Notes under the pieces: generated by a model
Seen by the model: only the letters and a program-made list of their open reading frames with translations
The model's database searches: none
Told to the model about the DNA's origin: nothing
DNA from: Heteronotia binoei
Taxonomy: Eukaryota
DNA length: 64,000 bases
Assembly (NCBI RefSeq): GCF_032191835.1
Contig: NC_083228.1
Coordinates: 71,610,001 to 71,674,000 of the forward strand
Reading direction: 5' to 3'
Shown here: positions 11,441 to 23,400 of the stretch, piece by piece
Layout of the letters: every line of letters starts with the position of its first letter
Position numbering within the stretch: position 1 is the stretch's first letter
Position numbers and translations under genes: made by a program

Positions 11441-14400
11441 GAAGCCTCCTGAAGCCCGCTGCATCGCAGCCTGGCGGAAGGGGAAGTTTTGCCCCCCCTT
11501 GGAGGGAGAGCGGAATCTTCAGCGCGCTTTTGAGCGCGTCCTGAGGGGGCGGGGCTTCAACGCTGTTGCTGAAGCCCCGCTCGGCGCCGCGGCAGTCTTC
11601 CCGGCGTTTTCGGCCCACCCGCCCGCCCTGTTTGTTATGCAGGCAATTGCTGGTCGCTTCCGTTTGGAGGGGCCGGGTAGGAATTTTTTCACTCCCCGGC
11701 GTTTTGGCATGTGACTGGGGGGTGTTTTTTGCCTACCTTGCATAACATTTCAGTGGATTGAGGAATTGGCTTAGGGTTGGTGCCTTGGTAGAGTTTGGTC
11801 ACTTTTTAGGGCAGGTTCTACGGGGTTATGGCACCATGCGGCCTGGGGAGGACCGGTTAGCCTCCCCCTTTTGGGGAGTTAGGGGTCTGTCAGGATCAAC
11901 CTTGGGTGTGGCTCGAGGTTTGTGAATGCAGACTGTCCTGGATTGGATGGGTGCCTTTCGCTGAGACTCGCGTCTGGTGTTTGGGCCCTCCGGTGCGAGC
12001 CTCCCTGCTGGGCCTGCCTAACGGGAGCTGTGGCTCACAGCTCCGGCTGGGGGGCCGGGTCTCTCGCCCGCTGAAAAAGGCAGGGGAGCGGTCTGAGGAG
12101 ACCCCTGGCCCTGACCTGGCCGCAGTTCGGTTGCCCTTGCCGTTGCTAGTTATTTTAATAAAAGTGGCCCATATTTTCACCAATTTAATTGTGTCCGTCT
12201 CTTTATTCCGACTTGGGGGGCAAATGACTACCTTCCTAAATTTACATAGCCAATATTAGCTCCATACACATTGCCATATTAGTGCCATGCCTGTGTACTT
12301 CTTGGTTGCTGTTACTAATTGAGGGGGGGGGGGGAGCTTAATGTCTTGATGTTCATATGGAACTCTTCCATTTATTTCAACAGAGAGGCAGAGGACATCT
12401 TTTTGTATGCATCTTTTAACCTGAACAAAATTGCCCCTTCTACTGAAGTGAATAGGGTACTCCACACATATGAGAGCCCCATGTGCACAAAGAAATATAC
12501 TTACAGCAAGGATACAATGGTTCGATTTACCTTTGTTCCATGGTTCTCTTCCCCCATGGATTAAAGTTCTGCATCCAGACACACATGGGCATTATTTGGG
12601 TACTTTCTTCTCTCCCATAGTGCTATTGGGCTCAATAGAGATGTGGTCAGGCAGAGGAAGTAGCCATGTGACAATGCACTTTTAAATCTCACTGATACAA
12701 CTTGGGAAGCAAGGGGCTCTTTTTCTAGCAGGAGCTCCTCTGCATATTACACAATGCCCCTCTGATGTAGCCAATCCTCATGGAGCTTACAGTAGGCCCT
12801 GTACTAAGAGCCCACTAAGCTCTTGGAGGATTGGCTAAATCAGGGGGGCATGGCCTAATATGCAGAGGAGCTCCTGCTAGAAAAACAGCCCTGGCCCAAG
12901 CTTGGTGCAGAGAAGCAGGAACCAGGCATGTTCAAGAAAGGGAGCACAAAAAGGTCCCAGTTGAAGGATGTAGAGATGAAACAGCTGCCAGCCCATGCAC
13001 CTGTCCATCCATATATCTGTTTGTTCATCATCCTTTCTCTCTCCTTAAGATCTCTATTGTCTGAAGAGACACAAGACTTTCCTGAACCAGAAAGTGGCAT
13101 TCCTGGTCAAGGGGCAGCAAGCACCACCTGTCCCAGGTTTGGGTGGCCTTAGGTATTATCTCTATAGAAAGCTGCCTTAGGTATTATCTCTACGGAAAGG
13201 GTGTGGAAGCAGGACCTGGGGAAGGACCCAAGATGGGAAAGCAGACCTAGAACATGGGTAAAAGCAAGTGAAGATGATAAAGAGTAAACTAGTCAGGTTG
13301 ACAATCTCAGAACTGATTACTAGATCTGAGCCAATCTGTAAAAGGGGCAATCTCTGCACTTCTTGGTTATGGACTCCTCTTTGACAACACTGATCTCTAG
13401 GTGAATATGACCTTGGCCAGGGAGCTTCACAAGGAATAAGGAATATTCTTGGTACCTTCAGTGCTTGAGGGAGGGACTGGCTTCTGAACCTTTGAATATC
13501 TCATGATCAGCAGATTGGGTACTGATACATGCTATTTTGTGGAACTGAATGCCAATTATTTTGCCAAACAGGTTTCCTTGACAAGGAGATGATAATATGA
13601 AATATTATAGACTCAGTGAAGCAACATCATATTACTGAGCAGGTGCTAAACAGAAATTCAATATCCTGAATCTAGCCTGTGCCCTTGTCCAGGACCCAGG
13701 ATGCTGGAAGAGTTCCAGTTTTCATCTGCCAATACAACGATGAAACTGTGGTCTGCTGACAATTGTGTTATTTAAATTGCATCAAGTTGAAGAACAACAT
13801 TATGAGCATGCACTTCTTTCTGCAATATTGGCACTTAAAAATAATTAAAAAGATTTATTGTTTATACAGCTGAGGGTGTGTAAAGCATGAGATATTTCGT
13901 TCAATTGCATCAGATTTTGAAAGGTCACTTGAAATTTCTGTTTAATAAACAGCGCTGATTTTTTTCTCCTTACTGTTATTCATAAATGAACCATACATGC
14001 ATGAAACAAAGCTGTTTTTCTTCAATATCTTAGGCACAAGCAGAAATATACTTCTGAAAGTCTGAATACATCAATTTAATCTTATCTAAACTGAACACTA
14101 ACATTCTTTTGGAATAAAACATATAATCCACAAGAGCTACTCAAGAGGGAGACCGTCAAATTAAATATATTATCTACCCTGCATCACCCAAGTTCCCATC
14201 AAAAAGGCCAAATAAGAGTGTCCTGTAGCCATTTTAAAGAATGCACTCCTGTCAACAATGGCTGGAAGTTTCATGACTTTAATTTACATTTTTCTCAACT
14301 TCCTTCAAAGATATCAGACGAGCATTCTTGGGGTTTCCAGGGGTCCACTACCCAGGAATTGGTCTACCCACACCCGCTTAACTTCCATGTGTAAGTTGCA

Positions 14401-15559
14401 ATAGACATCTTTAAAACAATGGCTTGGATCCACCAGAACATTTCAGTGAACTGAAGGATTTCTTTCTGTGGAGAAATCTTGTCATGCCTCACTGCAGCCC
14501 AACATGGTTCCTACATGCTGTTCTTGGGGTGATCACTTGTCCCCGAAGAGCAGAATTTGAGGGAGGCAAGAAAGTCATGCTGCACAGCAAAAATCTTTCC
14601 AATATTCCAGTGGATATAAGTCATCATCCATATTTAAAACAATGCTACTTGGCTTTAAAACGTGAAGGCCATAAAAGACAAGATGCTTTGTATGAATTTG
14701 TTTTACAGGTTTGTTACGTAGTAAGTCCACTTTTTAATTTCAAGTCCCTTTCATGCATAAATCCATATGTTCCATATAAATTGTTTTTCAGAAATACAAA
14801 GGTAGTTCTAAATGTGTTTGTATATAAATTGATTGATAGCCATAAAGGAAGGCTGACTTCCAATTGCATTTTTCTTTACAATGGACATACAATTTCATCC
14901 TTACTGTTCTTGGGTCCTGTGAAGAAATGTGTTTTTTGATGGAGGTCTGAACTGAGTAAAACCTTCACAGGAGTTTTTTAAGAAATTCCTGTAAAAGCTT
15001 GCAACTTTCTAATCTAAGAAGCCTGTCTTATATTTAACAACTGATAGGGCATGTATAGAGGGAGGGTTAGAGGAACAGCGTTTTATTCTTTTATTTTGAA
15101 TCCTTTGCTCAGTTAGGTGCTCTGCTAAAAGTATATATGCGAACAATTTCTTTTTGATAAATGCTTTATAACTTTTGATATTGGTAGTGGTTCTTTGTGT
15201 CACATATACCTCCACCATCTTGGACATGCTATTTTAAAAGGAGCACTAGGAGGAAAGGAAGGGCAGTCAGTTGGCAAGTGGCTACTCTGTCATTGGTGCA
15301 CAAGGCAGTAAGCTGTCCCTGTGGTAACCAGGCACTGGACAGTGGGAGGCACAGAGGAAGGCCTCAGAACTTGGAAGGGAAGCTGGGAATCTTGACCCTC
15401 CCAGTGAGCAATTCCTGCAAAGGTCAGGTGGTTGCAGTAGCTGAACAGAGAGAGAAAGAAAAGCCACTCCTGGTGTTGGAAAAACCTTGGGGGGTGGGGT
15501 GGAACAGGGTCTGTGGGCCAGAGCAGGACCATTCCACCACCAATCCAAGTGAAATTCTC

Positions 15560-18305
15560 AGCACGCAATTAACTGTGTCCTGAGACAGTGCCTGTCTGCT
15601 GTGATCAAGTGGCTAAGGCACAACAAGCTGAAGTTTCTTCCTGACAAAACAGTAACACTCATTATAAAAGCTGGTGTCTTGGAGGGGTTGTTTTACCAAC
15701 CCTTGATGGAGTCACTTTGTCCCTGTCAGATTCAATTAAGAATTCAGAGGTCCGATTGGACCTGCAGCCCTCCTCCTGTTTGGGTGGCAAGCAGATTTAC
15801 ACTTGCCCACGGAGTCAACTGGACCCAGAGTGGCTTCGGGAGGCTCTGCAGGATCCGATGTCCCCAGATGGATTGTTGGATGAGCTAGTGGAGGACTGGT
15901 ACTCCCGGCTCTCCACAGCCATTGACGATATCGCACCTTGGCACCCTCTTTGCTGCCACACCAAAGCAGCTCCTTGGTATACCCTGGAGCTGCAGAGGAT
16001 GAAGCAGCAGCTTAGACATCTAGAGCGAGTGTGGCAGAGATCTTATGACAAGGAGTCTAGAACTTCTTATAGAATGTTTATGAAGGTCTATAAGAAGGCA
16101 ATGATTATGAAGGTCTATGAGAAGGCAATGAAGTACACTAAGAGATATTTCTATGTAGCCTCCATTGCATCTGTGAAATTGCGCCCAGCTCAATTGTTTA
16201 GAATGATTCAATCACTGACTATGGTGCCGACAGGCAATCAAAAGTTTAGGGAATTGGATATTGGCTGTGAGGCTTTTGTGACTTATTTTGCAGATAAAGT
16301 CTCAACTCTCCGCCATAATCTCCCAGCCATAATTGATACAGTACGGAAACTGGAAGTCTGCTGTCCATCGGGTCCCATGTTGGACCACTTCAGCTGTCTC
16401 TCTCAGGAGAATGTTGACAGGATCTTGCCTGCAGTGAAACCCACCACTTGCCATCTGGACCCGTATCCATCCTGGCTTGTTAAAGCAGGCAGGGATGACA
16501 TTCAGGGACCCTTGGCCAAGATTGTTAACTTATCCCTGTCATCAGGGGTATTCCTGGCCAAGCTTAAAGAGGCTGTGGTTTGCCCGCTTTTAAAGAAGCC
16601 ATCTCTGGACCCATTGGTCCTAGTCAATTATCACCCAGTCTTGAATTTACCGTTTCTGGGCAAGATAATTGAGAAAGTGGCAGAGCAGTTTCAAGCTTTC
16701 CTGGAAGATACATCTGTCCTTGATCCCTTCCATTCTGGCTTCCATCCTGGTCACGGGATGGAGACTGCTCTGGCTGCCCTCAAAGATGACCTTAGAAGGC
16801 ATCTGAATCAAGGCGGGACAGCACTGCTACTACTTCTAGATCTCTCAGCAGCATTTGACACAGTCAACTACGATCTAATGACCACCACCTTGCCAACACT
16901 GGAGTCCACAGGGTTGTCTTACAGTAGTTTTCCTTCTTCCTCCGTGGTCGGCAACAAAGGGTGGCGATTGGCAAGCAGACCTCCCTGCGTCATCTACTAG
17001 AGTGTGGTGTACCACAGGGAGCTATTCTCTCACCAGTGATGTTTAACATCTATATGCGCCCCCTTGCCCAGATTGCCAGAGGCTTTGGGCTGGGTTGTCA
17101 CCAGTATGCAGATGACACCCAGCTCTATCTGTTGATGGATGGCCACCCAGACTCTACCCCAGACCATCTAACCAGGGTGCTGTAAGCAGTGGCTGGTTAG
17201 CTGCAACTGAGCTGACTGAAGCTTAATCCAACCAAGATGGAGGTCCTGTACATGAGTCGTGGGGAGCGAAGATCAGGCATCTGGCTCCCCACTCTGGATG
17301 GTGCATCTCTTGTGCCAGCTCAGAAGGTCAGCAACTTGGGTGTGATACTGGATGCCTCCTTTTCTATGGAGGCCCAGGTCACAGCTGTTGTTCAATCTGC
17401 CTTTTATGATTTTCAGCAGGCCAAACAACTAGCTCCATATCTGCTCCCTTGGGACTGAGATACAGTGATCTATGCAACAGTCACTTCCAGGCTGGACTAC
17501 TGTAACTCACTCTATGCAGGCTTGCCCTTGAGACTGATCCAGAAGCTCCAGCTGGTGCAGAATGCGGCAGCACGACTGCTGACTGAATTGCCTCTACGGG
17601 CGAGCAGTCTGCCGATGCTGCGCAGTTTACACTGGCTACCAATCGAGTACCAGATACACTTCAAGGTTTTAGTATTGACATTTAAAGCCTTACGCAGCCT
17701 GGGACCAGCATACCTGTGGGACCGTCTCTCCCCATATGAGCCCCAGAGGTCATTACGATCGACCAGTCAATATCTCCTGACCATCCCTGGTTCAAGGGAT
17801 GTCCAGCTTGCCTCGAGCAGGGCCAGGGCTTTTTCGGCCCTGACCCCGACCTGGTGGAATCAGCTCCCTGTGGAGGTGCAGGCCCTACCAGATTTGTTGC
17901 CATTCTGGAGGGCCTATAAGACAGCTGTTCCGCCAGGCCTATGGCTGAGGCAAGTGGACGTCCTTATCCTGTTATACCATTTAAATTGGCCTCCCTGCAC
18001 TGATTGCTCAAAATCAGGCCAATACAGTTGACATTTTTGGACACCTAGGCTGAAACAACTATGCTTCAATTGATGTGGCCATACCTTCCATAACTGAATC
18101 GCCATCCATGCTGCCTTAAACTAATTATGAGCTGTGGCTTAACTATTTTACTTTTAGTCTTTTAATCTGTTTTAACTGTTTGATTGTTTTACTATTTATC
18201 TGTTAGATTGCCTATTGTTAGTTTTAATGGTTTACTATGTTGGAATCCACCCTGAGCCCACCATGGGAAAGGGCAGACTACAGATTGACAGAAATAAATA
18301 AATAA
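15560..18305 (+). mobile_element. 5'-truncated, decayed L2-clade LINE
   Basis: RT motifs LLDLSAAFDTV, GVPQGAILSP, YADDTQLY and SRLDYCNSL across broken frames. Ends in an (aaat)n tail. Confidence 0.92.
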
Positions 18306-21094
18306 ATTTTAGACTCAAATATTTAACTGGAAAGCAGGTTGAGGGATAGCAAAAAGTGCTTTCTATCAGTTACTAGTTTGGAGGCTAGTCCTCCTCTTAG
18401 ATCCAGTAAATCTGGCCATATGGGTCCATGCAACATCAAGGCCAAACTATTGTAATATACCCTATATGTGGGTGTCATTGAAAACAATTTTTAAAACTTC
18501 AACTGATAAAAGACAGTTGCCAGCTGACTAGCTGGAGCCAGCTGTTTGGGACATATTATACCCGTCTTGAAATCTCTGCACTGGTTTCCCATTTGCTTCT
18601 AAGTTCAATTCAATGTGTATGGCTGAGAGGGGAGATTTTCTAGCCTAAGACAAACAGAATATAATGATTTAGCATATTATGATACCTATAATTATTGGCA
18701 GGGCAACAGTTGATTTTTATGTTCAAATAACCTGCAAAAATAACATTTATTTTGATTTTGTACACAGGGATAAACAGCAGCATCCTAATCTTTTAAAGAT
18801 ATTTGTTGTACATTATTTTTTGATCTTTGAAATTCACTGCATAGAAACTAAATCTTATCAAGGCAGCACCCTCTTTTTTCTGAAGAAACCCATAATTAAT
18901 TTGGATCTCTAAAAGTGCACTGTATTTTAGCTACATCAGAGGAATCCCAGCTTCAGTGATCCATGATCATATTGCATCAAATTTTGCAGTAGATCTTGGA
19001 TACAACATTCACTTCAGGGCTATCACTATTGCCTTTGAAACACTCCTTAACTAATGTTTTAACATGAAATTGATGGGTTTTGTAAATAACAGCCAATATA
19101 GTTAGAATGCCAGAAAGGAGTTAGGGAGACCCAGGTTCAAAGCTCCTCAACCATGAAGCTCTAGATTCGATCTGTCTCACAAGATGATTGGGAGAATAGC
19201 AGCAGCAGGGCTGGGTAGGATCTGTATGCAATCCTGAGCTTCTTGGATGAAAAGCAGGACAAGCATTTATAGACCAGTCAGCCTTTATTAATTCTGGGTC
19301 TCCAAAGTCTGTTAGAAATCCATGGTCTTTTCATGGCTTAGGCAGACAAACTCATGGCTTACTTTACACAAGAAGAATGGCCATATGCTGATGCCCTGCA
19401 TAAAACATTTGCTGGAGGAGGAAAAAACAGAAAAATGCTATTTACCATTCAAACCTACACCAAAATGGCATTTCCTTCTACCTCTGCTTGAAAGAAAGCG
19501 GGTTCATTTTGCCAACCTCAGCCTTATGATAAGCAGGCGATCAATGTCCCTCCATCCCTTTAGCAATAGAAACACTAACCTTTTGGTGCTGTCAGTTTGT
19601 TCCTCAAAGCAAGCAGGCACCACCTCCTTCCACATCCCCTGACCTTTCCTCTGCGTCTCTTGGTTCGCAGCTTTTGTCCTTTTTAAGAAGCTCTTTATTG
19701 ATGTTTTAACGTAATGGAAGAACATAAACAAGTAATAAAGAAAGGTTAACAATACCCAATCGATACTATAGAGGGAGGGGCCCACAAGATGGAGAAGGGG
19801 CTGAGAGGGAAACCAAAAGGCCAAATTTAATCAGTACCTTATTGACAATCTAATTGCACTGCTATATATTTTTTCTTCTTAAGCAACACCTAATAAAGGT
19901 CTGTCTAGCACCCTGCTGTTTCAGCTGCTAAAATGAATCTTTATACATGAAAGGAAACTCTGCTTAAATGATGTGTTTTGTTCTCTTTTATTGGTTTGTG
20001 TTGAGAAAACTAAAACTAGATGTTCCACATTTGTCGATGGTTAGTTGAATGGTAAGGATGCATTTACTGTTAACTCAAATCAGCAATGATTTTTCTTATT
20101 ATTTTCTCATCACATCTTCAGTATAAACAAAATTTGTGCACTATTTGGAAATTTATTTTTATATTTAAGACTGGGTGAATTAGAGAGCCAAAGACCAATG
20201 ATTTCCCATGTAAAGTCTTGCTAAAATTATGCAGTTCTCTGTTTTCATTACAAAAGTGTTTAGTCCTTCAGGTTGAAGAGGTAAAATTATCAAAGCTTGC
20301 TAAGAGCATGTCTAACCCTGACTCCATTAGAGGGAGCTACAAAGTAGGACTGTTCCCAATAAGGGGGTGGGGGAGGGACAATTTCCCCTCTAGACTAGAA
20401 GGCCTGAAGCTATAGGAAGGAGCACTCCCACCACAGAAGCACTCCTTGCTGTGAATATTTATATTTTGTTCTAGAGATATCATAAGCTCTTGTGGAGAAC
20501 AGAGAGGGCATCTGAGCGAAGAGACACAGCTTGACATGGAGCATCTTCCTCAAGAAAACCTGGTTAAACAACAGTCAGAAGGACTGAGACTCCAAGTCTC
20601 TCAAATGCAACAGGCTTGAATTGTTATGATTGTTGCATATATTTAATAGCTGTTTCAGTACAATGTGTTTTTTTTCTGAACTTTTAAATAAAATTATTTG
20701 GCACTGTTTTATTAAACTTTATAGGTTACAGAATCATTTTGGTGTCAGAACAGGGACAGTGCTACCTTGTGATCATAGCAGTTATATATTTATTATTCTT
20801 AAGCAACTTGTAGTATCATTTCAACTAAAATGGAACTGTGTAAGATGTACAATTTAGATCCAGATCGCTCTGTTAGGTTGAGTAGAGTATTGCCAACTGT
20901 GTCTGATGCAGATTTGGAATGTTCCTTAAGTAACTGTCAGTAAATATAAAATAATGCCTGGTGCCAAAGTAGGAATGGTATTGTTTGAGTTTGAAGAGAA
21001 ATTCTCTGCTCAGTTATTGACAAGAGCCTGTAATACTTGTAAGTTAGAAAATCAATGGGTAGTAACACCATTAAAGCATAGTACTCCACAAAAG

Positions 21095-22205
21095 AACACC
21101 AAGTATGCTCAAGCATATCCAACAAAAGACCAGACAGCAAAAACTGTTGCCAGTATCTTATAGGAGAATTTTATCAGCCATTACAGATTCCCATGAAGAG
21201 TGCACAGTGATAGAGGAGCTAGTTTTGAGTCTGAACTTATAGAAGAGCTATGTAATATATGTGGCACTAAATCCAGGAGCACTCCTTACCATCCTAGGGG
21301 AAATCCGGTAGAACGATTCAGCAGGACATTATTGTCCATGCTTGGCACACTGGAAGATCATAAAAAAGAAGAATGGCAAAAACATGTTAAGTCATTGGTA
21401 CATGCATACAACTGCACCCACAATGACAGTATTGGGGAATGACCCTATTTTCTAATGTTTGGCAGACAACCAATTCTACCCATAGATATATGTTTTGGAC
21501 TAAAGCAAAAGTACCATCATAAAATTTCTCATCATCAATACGTACAGGATTTACGAAGAAGATTAAAACGTGCTTATGAATTAGCTACTCAAGATGCTTC
21601 TAAAATACAAGCAGTCAACAAAAGAAGATGAGATGCTCAAGTGAAGATATCACATCTTTCAGAAGGGGACTGGGTTTTGGTATGCAACCTCACTTTGAGA
21701 GGCAAGCACAAGTTATCTGATTGATGGGAAACCCAAGCACATACTGTAATAAAACAGATGCCTAATGACTTGCCTGTATATGTAGTAAAGCCTGAATTTG
21801 GAGATGGTCCTGAGAGGACTCTTCACAGAGACGTGTTGTGGTTTCCTCTCTGCATGCCTTGATGAGAGTCTGGATTGTAGCATAATGTCTAACTATGGGC
21901 TCCTCAATCAAAGTAATGATGCTGCATACCCCAGCGTGGAACACTTATCTCTCAATCCAGAAGCTGAAGAATATTTACCTAACTGGTTTGACTCATCAGA
22001 CCCAATGCATAGTGACCCTCAAAATGGAAGTGGAATAGATGATTGGGTAGAAAGTAATTTGGAGTATTCATTTGAAGGTTACCCTACGGGTCTGCATGAC
22101 AGTGCTGTTGTTGAAGACAATGGACAAATAGGAAGTGCAGATGAATGCCCATTAAGATCCTCAACACTTTTGCCTAGGAGAACTAGCAGGGTCAGAAAGT
22201 TCTAG
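21095..22205 (+). pseudogene. Gypsy/Ty3-type integrase fragment
   Basis: TKYAQAYPTKDQTAKTVA, HSDRGASFES, STPYHPRGN, VERFSRTL and PYFLMFGRQP, with several stops. No flanking LTR recognised. Confidence 0.85.
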
Positions 22206-22209
22206 GAGG

Positions 22210-23130
22210 TTCCAAGACTTTGTTACTGATGATACCCCAGCCCAAGACTCTGCACTAGCTGGGCAAGGAGATGCATATAGGTGATAAATATCATCAGGGA
22301 GAGATTGCCCCCTGAGGAACCCCACCTGATAAGGGGTGTGACGGAACCGGCCCGATTCTGCCTTCAGACCCGGTCCCGTCAGCTCCCTATTGAGTCGCCA
22401 ACTCCTGGAGGGAGCTATTTCTCCTCCTGCCCCTCGGGCTCGCTGCCACCACCTGCTCAGTCCCGGGGTTCAGATTGAGAGGAACAGGACTCCCAATCCC
22501 CCTCTCCAGCTGTGAGGCCAGGCCTCCAGGTCCTCTGCCACCCTGCACTTGGGTTTCACAGAGACCTCAGCACTTCTTTGGGGCACCCCTGGAGGATTGG
22601 CACCTTATCCAACTGCATGCCTTCCCCCTTCCCCGGGGCCCCCTTCTCAACACAGCGTGGTCTAAAGCGGTCTGGGGATCTATGTGGTACAGAGATTGAC
22701 TGCCAGTATTTAAAACAGAAAAAACATTTATTTAAACAGTAAAAATGATAGGAAAAGAAAAACAAAACAAAAGCAGTTGCATCTACAAAATTAGCACAGC
22801 ACAGCCCAGCACAGCTGAGCAGGTGGTGGCAGCGAGACTGAGCAGGTGGTGGCAGCGAGCCCAAGGGGCAGGAGGAGAAATAGCTCCCTCCAGGAGTTGG
22901 CGACTCAATAGGGAGCTGACGGGACCAGGTCTGAAGGCAGAATCGGGCCGGTTCCGCCACAAGGGGTATCTAGTTGATACCCTTTCTCCCAGTGCCACCC
23001 TCTGTCTCTGACCAAGGAGAAATGAGGAAAGCCATTTCATGGCTACCCGACAAACTCCCATGTCAGCGAGGCAGTATGTCAAAAGATCATAATGGGCTGT
23101 GTTGAATGCTGCTGTGAGTTGTATATTTTG
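22210..23130 (-). mobile_element. Old L2 RT fragment interrupted by the TIR element at 22337-22961
   Basis: The minus strand reads WLSSFLLGQRQRVALGE up to the insertion, and a GVPQG-type motif continues on the other side. Confidence 0.75.
22337..22961. mobile_element. 625-bp non-coding element with TGT...ACA ends, 126-bp inverted terminal repeats and a 5-bp TSD
   Basis: TIRs at 22337-22462 and 22836-22961 (3 mismatches). TSD agggg at 22332-22336 and 22962-22966. Confidence 0.9.
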
Positions 23131-23185
23131 AGTTATGCAAATAGAGTCTCTCATACCAGCTCTTTGTTGATGTGTGGCTCTGAAT

Positions 23186-23400
23186 AGTGATGTAGTTTGG
23201 TTTGCTTCCCCACTCCACCACATGCAGCTGCTGAAGTGGCCTTGGGTCAGTCACAACTCTCTCAGCTGTTCTGCTCAAGACAGCTGTCTCAGCCCCACCT
23301 ACCTCACAAGGTATCTGTTTTGGGGAGGGGAAGGAAAGGAGATTGTAAGCTACCCTGAGACTCCTTTGGGTAGTGAATGGCAGGGTATAAATCTTCTTCT
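23186..23400 (+). mobile_element. tRNA-derived SINE (Squam3-like), decayed
   Basis: Same body as the copies at 34288-34563, 62395-62677 and 63487-63735. Confidence 0.75.

Larger units (their letters stand above)
6380..12224 (+). mobile_element. Ngaro-type (DIRS order) tyrosine-recombinase retrotransposon, internally deleted non-autonomous copy
   Basis: Split direct repeats A1 6380-6555, B1 11019-11440, A2 11438-11613 and B2 11810-12224. Contains gag, YR and SGNH remnants; RT/RNase H almost entirely missing. No TSD; an aaa core is present at both ends and at the B1/A2 junction. Confidence 0.93.

Noticed and set aside
13572-13760. Exon-like segment after ccaaacag
   Set aside because: Stops in all three frames.
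14424-14939. 171-aa ORF or an exon at 14611-14708
   Set aside because: The first half, including the apparent acceptor, lies in what looks like a small inverted-repeat element (ggcttggatccac...gtggatataagtc). No recognisable motif.
19342-19470. KRAB-A-like peptide (LMAYFTQEEW)
   Set aside because: Only a short match; the rest of the KRAB consensus, a good donor and zinc fingers are missing.
21095-22961. Gypsy-like integrase as the transposase of the neighbouring TG...CA TIR element (autonomous Ginger)
   Set aside because: The integrase lies outside the TIRs and TSD, is much more decayed, and is separated from the element by L2 sequence.
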